DNA of 64,000 nt from positions 1,920,001 through 1,984,000 of the forward strand of contig OZ242029.1 in the NCBI GenBank assembly GCA_965205015.1, read 5' to 3'. This stretch comes from Candidatus Poribacteria bacterium. Its GTDB lineage: Bacteria; Poribacteria; WGA-4E; WGA-3G. Shown here piece after piece: positions 50,251 through 57,674 of the stretch; the stretch's first letter is position 1, and each line of letters starts with the position of its first letter. The translations under genes and the position numbers were made by a program. A model generated the notes under the pieces. The model did not search any database and was not told where the DNA came from. It saw only the letters and a program-made list of their open reading frames with translations.

Positions 50251-50991
50251 TCAAATGAAGTTTTCTTCCTTCAGGCTAACAAAAATCCCATCGCCGATGA
50301 TAATGTGATCCAACACTTTTATCCCAATCTGATTTCCAGCCTCAATCAACTGTTTTGTTGCCCGAATGTCCTCTTGACTCGGCTGAGGATCGCCGGATGG
50401 ATGATTGTGAACAAGAATAATTGAATTCGCTGACTCCTCAATAGCGAATCGGAAAATTTCGCGTGGGTGAAAAACACTCGCGTTTAGTGTGCCTTCAAAG
50501 ACTGTTCCTTCTGATATTAATTTTTTACCCCAAGTCAAGTCATCACTGTCATCACCAGTGAGACCTTTGGTTGTCACCCCACCTTTGGTATCAAGGCATA
50601 GGACACAAACGATTTCCTTCTGTAGGTACCGCATTCTGGACATCATCAGATCAGCGACATCAGCGGGAGATGTAATTTTATCGCGATCGGCGTGGAAACG
50701 CGCCAATCGTTTGCCGAGTTCAAGTGCCGCGGCGATCTGTGCTGCTTTTGCTTCGCCAATACCTTTAATCTTCTCAAATTGTTTGGATCTGTGATCCGCC
50801 ATCCGCTTCAAATCGCCTTCAACCGCCATAAGAATCTGCTCACCGAGTTGAATAGCGGATGTCCCTTGGAAACCACTTTTGAGGATGATAGCCAAAAGTT
50901 CAGAATCTTTCAGGATCTCCGGTCCATATTTGTGGAGCCTTTCGCGGGGACGTTCATCCACTGGGAGATCCTTAATTCGTACTTTATACAT
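50251..50991 (-). CDS. radC: RadC/JAB family protein
   Basis: ERPRERL, ELLAIIL, HPREIF, HNHPSGDP.PS.ED, LDHIIIG. Confidence 0.93.
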   Translation of the reverse strand: MYKVRIKDLPVDERPRERLHKYGPEILKDSELLAIILKSGFQGTSAIQLGEQILMAVEGDLKRMADHRSKQFEKIKGIGEAKAAQIAAALELGKRLARFHADRDKITSPADVADLMMSRMRYLQKEIVCVLCLDTKGGVTTKGLTGDDSDDLTWGKKLISEGTVFEGTLNASVFHPREIFRFAIEESANSIILVHNHPSGDPQPSQEDIRATKQLIEAGNQIGIKVLDHIIIGDGIFVSLKEENFI

Positions 50992-51090
50992 CGCGTTCCT
51001 TCCTGGTAATAGAAATTCGCCAACATTATATCCTATTTCGCAGATAAAAACAAACGAAATCTGATAGCAAAGTTAAATTTAAATTGAAGG

Positions 51091-51119
51091 TTGACAAATA
51101 TTTTCAAATAGTGTAAAAT
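51091..51119 (+). promoter_or_regulatory. sigma70-type promoter of the STAS operon
   Basis: TTGACA-17-TAAAAT. Confidence 0.65.
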
Positions 51120-51174
51120 TAAAGGCGTGCATCGAAATTTCAGTCTTTCAGCAAATAGAAAAGGAGACGCAATC

Positions 51175-51522
51175 ATGGCAACTACGATTCGCCAGAAAGA
51201 TGGTGTTGCAATCTTAGAACCGAGTGGAAAAATAATGGGATCCTCAGTATCGGAATTACGAGAGGCAATCACCTCACAGATTGATGCCTCGGATGCGCCA
51301 CGCATTCTCATTAATTTCGATCGGGTCAATATGATGGATAGTTCAGGTCTCGGCACGCTGATGGGTGCCCATGTCGCCGCAACGCGAAAGAAAGGACGTA
51401 TCGGTGTCATCAACGTCGGAACAAACATCAAAAATCTGATTGTTCGCAGTCGGCTCGTCAGTATCTTTGAACATTTCGATACCGAGGACGCTGCAGTTTC
51501 GGCACTCTCAAGCGAAAGTTAA
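51175..51522 (+). CDS. STAS anti-sigma factor antagonist
   Basis: V.MMDSSGLG motif. Confidence 0.9.
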   Translation: MATTIRQKDGVAILEPSGKIMGSSVSELREAITSQIDASDAPRILINFDRVNMMDSSGLGTLMGAHVAATRKKGRIGVINVGTNIKNLIVRSRLVSIFEHFDTEDAAVSALSSES

Positions 51523-51586
51523 GTGCCGTGATTGGGACAGTCCACCCATAACCTAAACGTGTAATAGCATTAGGAGTACGTACACT

Positions 51587-51940
51587 ATGGTAATCACCGT
51601 GTCTGAGAAAGAAGGGGTCATTATTTTCAGACTGAGCGGCAGAATTATCGCCCCAGGGGTCAAAGAGGTATCGCGAACTGTTGAGGAGGCACTCGCAGTG
51701 CACTCCTCATCTCCGAGACTCGTGTTTGACTTTAAAGACGTAACCGGAATGGACAGCTCTGGGCTGGGGGTTCTTATGAAAATCTATTCCGATATCCACC
51801 CGCGCGGGGGGAAAATCGCAGTGATTAATGTCAATAAACATGTCAAAAACCTCATCGTCATGGCTCGCTTAATCACCGTCTTTAAAAACTTTGAGAGTGA
51901 AGAAGATGCTGTTGCTGGCTTGCTACAGCACGCCGAGTGA
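51587..51940 (+). CDS. STAS anti-sigma factor antagonist
   Basis: V.GMDSSGLG motif. Confidence 0.9.
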   Translation: MVITVSEKEGVIIFRLSGRIIAPGVKEVSRTVEEALAVHSSSPRLVFDFKDVTGMDSSGLGVLMKIYSDIHPRGGKIAVINVNKHVKNLIVMARLITVFKNFESEEDAVAGLLQHAE

Positions 51941-52042
51941 GATTCAGACGAATCTTAGTTTTATTGTCGCGAGAGAGGCTTTGCTAACATCGAAAATTTC
52001 TGGGTAAAGTTCTACTCCCTCGCATCTATAAGGGAATGTCTC

Positions 52043-52804
52043 ATGATAAAAAATATCCTCGTTGCCATCGGCGATACGGATTACGAGAAAAATGCCTTTG
52101 AGTACGCCGGACAACTGGCAGTCCTTTTAGGAACACATTTGTCATGTGTTTTCTTTCAAGACAGCCAGCACGGTGGAAACGCTGATGTCGCAGAGACCGT
52201 CATACGTCGAACTGAGACGGAGTGCTCACTCTACGATTTCTTGGATTATCACGTTGAATCTGTCGCTGGCAATCCACGACAGATGATCTGCGAAAAAGCA
52301 CATTCTGCCGATCTTGTTGTTGTCGGACTTCCGGAAGATATAAGAAAGCGTCGCCTCAAACTTATCCAGAGCCAGATCGACGACGTGCTCCTCCACATCA
52401 CGAGACCTATTATTGTGGTCCACGAACAATGCACACTCTTGCGGAAAATACTCGCTGTGCATCATGGAGATGCCTATTCTGATCATGCCTTGGGACTCGT
52501 CGCCGAAATCGGGGAGTTAACAAAAGCCGGAATATTGGGACTCGCGCTTTCAAGCACACAGCAGGAGGCAACCGAGATTAAGCAGCAGATGGAGGCTTAT
52601 CTGAAATATTATGACGTTCAAACTGACTTCCTCACTGCTCGCGGCTTTACGGTAACAAACATCTTGGAAAACGCAGAGAAAAATGATTGCGACCTCATTG
52701 CACTGAGCGCGAGTCATCATGGAAGATTGTACGAGCTTGTTTTCCAAAGTACTACCCAAAGCGTTGTAAAAGTCGCAAACCGGGCAGTTCTCGTAACCAC
52801 ATAG
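52043..52804 (+). CDS. Tandem universal stress protein (USP)
   Basis: IKNILVA, GNP...I, DLVVVG, DLIAL...ST...V. Confidence 0.85.
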   Translation: MIKNILVAIGDTDYEKNAFEYAGQLAVLLGTHLSCVFFQDSQHGGNADVAETVIRRTETECSLYDFLDYHVESVAGNPRQMICEKAHSADLVVVGLPEDIRKRRLKLIQSQIDDVLLHITRPIIVVHEQCTLLRKILAVHHGDAYSDHALGLVAEIGELTKAGILGLALSSTQQEATEIKQQMEAYLKYYDVQTDFLTARGFTVTNILENAEKNDCDLIALSASHHGRLYELVFQSTTQSVVKVANRAVLVTT

Positions 52805-52854
52805 ATTTACGTGACGCACGAGGTGCACTTACCTCGCATCTTGTGGAGGTAAAC

Positions 52855-54396
52855 ATGAAGCTTAAAGACACAACTGGAAAGCACATATTAACCGATGAAA
52901 TCATTGAAACAAACTGCTTCTTAGAGATTTCTACGGATATGTTCGGGTATATCAGTTGTGACGGGAGTTTCGTCGCACTCAACTCGGTATGGGAAGAAAT
53001 TCTTGGGTTTACACGGTTAGAACTTCAGAACTCCGAATGGTCCGCACGCATACATCCCGAGGATCGGGAGGAAATGCTGAACAAGATCGAAAAGGTGAAA
53101 ACAGGAAAACGCGTAACACCCTTTGAAAACCGGTTTCAGTGCAAGGACGCGTCCTACAGATGGCTAAGATGGCGCGCAATAAAAGATGCCGAAAGACAAC
53201 GCTGTTACGTCGTCGCAACCGATATAACGCCCCGAAAACAGTTAGAAGCGAAATTGAAAGAGAGTGAAACCCGATTCCAGCAATTGGCAGCGCAACATGT
53301 CCAAGAAGCTGATCTGTTGCATACCTTGATGGAAAATACCCCTGACCACATCTATTTCAAGGATACTGAGAGTAGATTTATACGAATCAATCGCTCTTTA
53401 GCAGATCGGTTCGGTCTAAGAAATCCTGTAGAGGCAGTCCAGAAAACCGACTTTGACTTCTTCACCCGTGAACACGCACAACAGGCATATCAGGACGAGC
53501 AGGATGTCATTGAATCTGGAAAACCAATTGAGGCAAAACAGGAAAGAGAGACCTGGCCAAATGAACAGGATACTTGGGTCTCAACGACTAAAGTCCCGAT
53601 TCGAGATAGAGAGGGACGTATCGTAGGAACATGTGGTATTTCACGGGACATAACTGAGTACTATCGCGCCCAACAAGCCGTTGAGTACGCAAGCCGTGCC
53701 AAAAGTGATTTCCTCGCAAACATGAGTCATGAACTGCGCACGCCTCTGAATGCGATCATTGGATTCGCTGAAATTCTACGCGATGAACTCGTCGGAAGCA
53801 TTAACGACGAGCAAAGGGAGTGCATTAATGATATTCACATTAGTGGCGAACATTTGCTCGAAATGATCAATGACATCCTTGACCTTTCAAAGATCGAAGC
53901 TGGGAAAATGGCACTCCAATTGGAGACGTTCTCTATTGTTGAAGCTGTTGAGGAAGTCAACGCCATTATCAGCGCACTCGCTGTAAAGAAAAACCTCAAC
54001 CTTACCTTGAACTATAACCAGAACGGTATGATTGAAGCCGACCGGGTTAAATTCAAGCAGATTTTCTATAACCTACTCTCCAATGCAGTGAAGTTCACCC
54101 CAGAAGGCGGTAGAGTCGCAACACAACTGGACGTTGGAACGACAGAATTGCGAGCCGAGGTTATTGATACCGGTATAGGTATCTCTGAAGCGGATCAGGC
54201 GAAACTCTTCGCACCCTTTACGCAAATTGATACGTCAAAATCCCGACGGTACGGTGGAACAGGACTCGGTTTAGCCTTGACACACAGGCTTATCATGTTG
54301 CACGGTGGCGAAATTAGTGTGACAAGCCAAGAAGGAGATGGGAGTAATTTCACTCTGAAAATCCCCCTTCAACGCCCTTCACGCATTAAAGCGTGA
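52855..54396 (+). CDS. Cytoplasmic PAS-PAS histidine kinase
   Basis: IHPEDR, IYFKD, FLANMSHELRTPL, NAVKFT, DTGIG, GGTGLGL. Confidence 0.93.
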   Translation: MKLKDTTGKHILTDEIIETNCFLEISTDMFGYISCDGSFVALNSVWEEILGFTRLELQNSEWSARIHPEDREEMLNKIEKVKTGKRVTPFENRFQCKDASYRWLRWRAIKDAERQRCYVVATDITPRKQLEAKLKESETRFQQLAAQHVQEADLLHTLMENTPDHIYFKDTESRFIRINRSLADRFGLRNPVEAVQKTDFDFFTREHAQQAYQDEQDVIESGKPIEAKQERETWPNEQDTWVSTTKVPIRDREGRIVGTCGISRDITEYYRAQQAVEYASRAKSDFLANMSHELRTPLNAIIGFAEILRDELVGSINDEQRECINDIHISGEHLLEMINDILDLSKIEAGKMALQLETFSIVEAVEEVNAIISALAVKKNLNLTLNYNQNGMIEADRVKFKQIFYNLLSNAVKFTPEGGRVATQLDVGTTELRAEVIDTGIGISEADQAKLFAPFTQIDTSKSRRYGGTGLGLALTHRLIMLHGGEISVTSQEGDGSNFTLKIPLQRPSRIKA

Positions 54397-54498
54397 ACGC
54401 AACAGAGGTCTAAAACGGACATAGAACAAATAAGACAGAAGATTTGGCACCGCAACTTCGGTTCATTTCATAACGACTGGTTTGATAAAAGGCAACCT

Positions 54499-54930
54499 GT
54501 GAAAACTGAAAATCTACCCCCAGCCGGAGAACAGGTAGGAACGCAAAAGCGGATCTTGGTGATTGAAGACCAAGAGTTGAACCGCAAAGTTGTGCGGATC
54601 GTCCTACAATCAAGGGGGTATATAGTCGTTGAAGCGACGGATGCTACGGAAGCACTCGCAAGTTTGGAAGATGCAATACCCCAGCTCATTCTCATGGATA
54701 TTGCCTTACCTGGGCAAAGCGGCGAAGATTTAACAAGACGGATTAAAGCCAATCTTGCGTGGGTAGATATACCAATTATTGCCCTGACAGCCGCAGCTAT
54801 GTCCGGGGACAGGGAACGCATCCTCAAAGCTGGATGCGATGATTATCTCAGTAAACCTATCGACATCAAGGTGTTGGTGGAACGTGTAGAGACTCACATC
54901 AAGAGGACAGAGACATGCACGAGGAAGTAA
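54499..54930 (+). CDS. Single-domain response regulator (DivK-like)
   Basis: LVIED, ILMDIALP, IIALTA.AM.GD, SKP. Confidence 0.92.
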   Translation: MKTENLPPAGEQVGTQKRILVIEDQELNRKVVRIVLQSRGYIVVEATDATEALASLEDAIPQLILMDIALPGQSGEDLTRRIKANLAWVDIPIIALTAAAMSGDRERILKAGCDDYLSKPIDIKVLVERVETHIKRTETCTRK

Positions 54931-56105
54931 GTCCTGAACAGCAAGATGGCGCGAAAATCCTTGTCGTTGATGATGAACCCAAAAATGTTAGAATTCTCCA
55001 AATTCACCTCAACGCACGAGGGTATACAGTCTACACAGCCGCAGATGGACTTGAGGCACTTAATACCGTCGAAAAAGAAATGCCAGATCTCATCTTGTTG
55101 GACATCAACATGCCGAGAATGGATGGGTTTGAAGTTGTTAAACGAATCCGATCGAACGAGGCTACCGAATTCATTCCCATTGTGATGATAACCGCTCTAC
55201 GGGACACCCGCGAAAATCGAATTAAGTCCATTGAAGCAGGGGCTGATGACTTTATTGAGAAACCTTTCGATAGTTTAGAGGTACTCGCCCGAGTGCGTTC
55301 GCTCTTGCGAATTAAACGCTACCAAGATACACTCGCAGAATATAATACCCGCTTGCAAGAAGAACTCCAAATGGCACGAAGCATTCAAGAAATTCTGATC
55401 CCTCAGAATGGTGTGCAGGAATTGTCGGGATTTCGGATCGCTTCACACTGTCGTCCTGAAATGGCAGTCGGTGGAGATTTTTTTGACATCTGGGAAATCG
55501 CACCGAATCGACTCGGTGTTTTTATTTCTGATGTTATGGGACATGGGGTTTCTGCGGCTTTCGTAACAGTCTTCATTAAAACAATTTTGGCGGAATTCCA
55601 GCAGCAAATCGAAGATAATCCAGGATATCTGCTTGAAATACTAAACACCCGTTTCAATGATCTGATTAGTTCACGACTGTTCATGTTTGCAACAGCCTTT
55701 TGTGGGCTCATTGACCTTGATAAAGGCGAACTCATCTGTGCAAACGCCGGGCATTCATTCCCATTTTTGTACAATACCGAGCAACAGACATACCAAGCTA
55801 TTGGCGATCAACACACAGGAAATGGGTTGGGCATTTGGCGGGATTCGGTTTATGAAACGATACATTATCCATTTGATCGGTCGAGCAGAATGTTCCTTTA
55901 TACCGACGGTGTTTACGAAGCCAAAAACCCACAAGGCGAGGAATTTACGGTAGATCGCCTCCAAAAATTAGTCTGTACATACGCAAAAAAATCTGCCGCA
56001 GGCCTCATCACCAGCGTCTCGGAAGCAATTGATGCCTTCACCGACAACTGTCCAAAAGACGACGATCTAACATTTATCGCTATTGAAGTTTCAGGGGAAG
56101 ATTAA
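54915..56105 (+). CDS. Response regulator-PP2C (SpoIIE/RsbU-type) phosphatase
   Basis: REC domain; VGGDFFD, DVMGHG, NAGH, YTDGV.E, DDLT. Confidence 0.92.
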   Translation: MHEEVSPEQQDGAKILVVDDEPKNVRILQIHLNARGYTVYTAADGLEALNTVEKEMPDLILLDINMPRMDGFEVVKRIRSNEATEFIPIVMITALRDTRENRIKSIEAGADDFIEKPFDSLEVLARVRSLLRIKRYQDTLAEYNTRLQEELQMARSIQEILIPQNGVQELSGFRIASHCRPEMAVGGDFFDIWEIAPNRLGVFISDVMGHGVSAAFVTVFIKTILAEFQQQIEDNPGYLLEILNTRFNDLISSRLFMFATAFCGLIDLDKGELICANAGHSFPFLYNTEQQTYQAIGDQHTGNGLGIWRDSVYETIHYPFDRSSRMFLYTDGVYEAKNPQGEEFTVDRLQKLVCTYAKKSAAGLITSVSEAIDAFTDNCPKDDDLTFIAIEVSGED

Positions 56106-56557
56106 ATTTCGATATCTTTTGGTTTTAAAAAACGAAAAACGACTCGAACATCGGTGCCACCTGCCGCATTCGGTCGCATTTCATGCATATCCGAAAGAGA
56201 TTTAGCGATGAAAATGCCGTGTCCGCTCTCATTGTTTGGGGAACGGTTCATCTCAATCTCTGAAAGCCTTTCGTGTGTTAGCCAACTCTTTTCCCCCGCA
56301 TGCCGAGTCCCCGTATCCCTTACTACAATTTCAAGGGCATGTGTATCAATACGGATACACAATTTAACGCCAACTGTCGCATTAACCGAGCCATGATGCA
56401 CTGCATTGCTACAGATTTCGTCAAGCACGAGTTGAATGTCTGCTACGCGTTTTCTGGAGAATCCGAGGCTTTTTGCGAGGTTGCCAACAAATGCCCGAAC
56501 AGGTTCTATATAAAAGGCAGCACTCGGAATTTGAAGTTGAATATCTGCTTGCGCCAT
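56102..56557 (-). CDS. RsbW-type anti-sigma factor / Ser kinase
   Basis: DEICSNAVHHG, VRDTG, GHGIFI. Confidence 0.88.
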   Translation of the reverse strand: MAQADIQLQIPSAAFYIEPVRAFVGNLAKSLGFSRKRVADIQLVLDEICSNAVHHGSVNATVGVKLCIRIDTHALEIVVRDTGTRHAGEKSWLTHERLSEIEMNRSPNNESGHGIFIAKSLSDMHEMRPNAAGGTDVRVVFRFLKPKDIEI

Positions 56558-56575
56558 GTACTAAATTTACTTTGA

Positions 56576-56929
56576 TTAAAACGCTGCGAGGGCACTGTTT
56601 TCTGATTCGTAGATTTCGACGACGCTGGATGCGCCGATGAGATTAAAAGTCCGTGTTAAGTTGTCTGCAAGGGCGCAAATTTTAAGGTCACCACCACTCT
56701 GGCGAAGCCGTTTTGCAACACCTACCAAGGCACCCACAGCCGTGCTGTTTATATGACTCACTTGACTAAGATTCACAACAACCCTCTCAACTTTCTCCGC
56801 TAAGAGTCCTTCAAGCATCTTTCGTAAATCGGATGCTGCGTAACTACTCAAGTCTGTTTTTATTTCAATTATTTTAATACCGGATTCCTCTCGGAGTTTC
56901 ATTAATTTTGTCGAATCCATAGAAATCAC
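56576..56929 (-). CDS. STAS anti-sigma factor antagonist
   Basis: LSQVSHINSTAVG...GGDLKI. Confidence 0.88.
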   Translation of the reverse strand: MISMDSTKLMKLREESGIKIIEIKTDLSSYAASDLRKMLEGLLAEKVERVVVNLSQVSHINSTAVGALVGVAKRLRQSGGDLKICALADNLTRTFNLIGASSVVEIYESENSALAAF

Positions 56930-57225
56930 CTCCCATAGATTAAAGCCGGTCCTAACTCAAAGAACCATTCTTAAATTCTATCTTAACCCGATAAAAAAAT
57001 CAAGCAAAATTCTGTATGTGAATCGCAAATCACAGAGATATTTTTCTATGGCAGGGCTGTCTCACAATTAAATCATATCAATTAAAAAATTATTGTTGAT
57101 TTTCTTTGTGCATTTATGGTATACTATTATGCAATGGATTTGAAAGTGCCAAAAGCACTTTAGAATATAAGGAGGAACTGGCGGATGAACGCGGTTGCGC
57201 GTTTTTAAATGGACCAGGTATCTTA

Positions 57226-57485
57226 GTCAATAACCCCTGCCTGAAGTCAGGGGCTTGTGGAATATGGTAGCCAAGCCTATAGGTTCTACGAGGGTAACTT
57301 ATTGACTACCGTAACATATCGCGGTGTCTGTGCGTGGCAGCCCAAACGATGTGTGTTAAACGGTAATATTCTGTGGTGGGATATTACCCAAGGATGCTCC
57401 CCAAGTCTCACACCTCTCGGACATTGTGATCGGGATGGGGTAATATATACCCGCAAAAGCGGAGAGCCCGAAAGGGTCATTACCT
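57226..57485 (+). ncRNA. HEARO/omegaRNA-like structured RNA
   Basis: GTCAATAA(57226)/TTATTGAC(57299-306) stem; GGCTTG/CAAGCC; GGATGCTCCCCAAGTC..CTCT; CATTG; CCCCA/TGGGG pseudoknot; CCC-GAAA-GGG. The 3' boundary is approximate. Confidence 0.7.
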
Positions 57486-57674
57486 GTTTTCTCAAAGACA
57501 TTGTGTCAGGTCAAGTAGATAGGTAGTGCGAGTCCTGTTGAACGAAGCAGCACATCGGAGAGAATCGCCTACATGCTTGTGGCGAAAAAACGGCATGTAC
57601 TTTCTATATCAATAAAATAGGAGACGGGCTTTTCTCCCCCGAATGAATTCAGGGGGTCTCCAGCCCGAAAATTG
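57226..57674 (+). mobile_element. Non-autonomous IS200/IS605 element of IscB/IsrB type carrying a HEARO/omegaRNA scaffold, inserted just before the rpsA ATG
   Basis: Starts GTCAATAACCCCTGCCTGAAGTCAGGGGCTTG; ends with hairpin CGGGCT...CCCCCGAATGAATTCAGGGGG...AGCCCG AAAATTG; followed by ATGAA. Both ends resemble the reverse complements of the 3809..5303 ends. Confidence 0.8.

Noticed and set aside
57257-57526. 89-aa and 71-aa ORFs inside the rpsA-leader element
   Set aside because: They overlap the structured RNA scaffold and show no IscB PLMP/RuvC/HNH motifs
57226-57674. IStron / group I intron that would splice out of the rpsA leader
   Set aside because: It ends in G, but the upstream flank ends in A rather than U and no group I core was recognisable; RT-PCR would settle it
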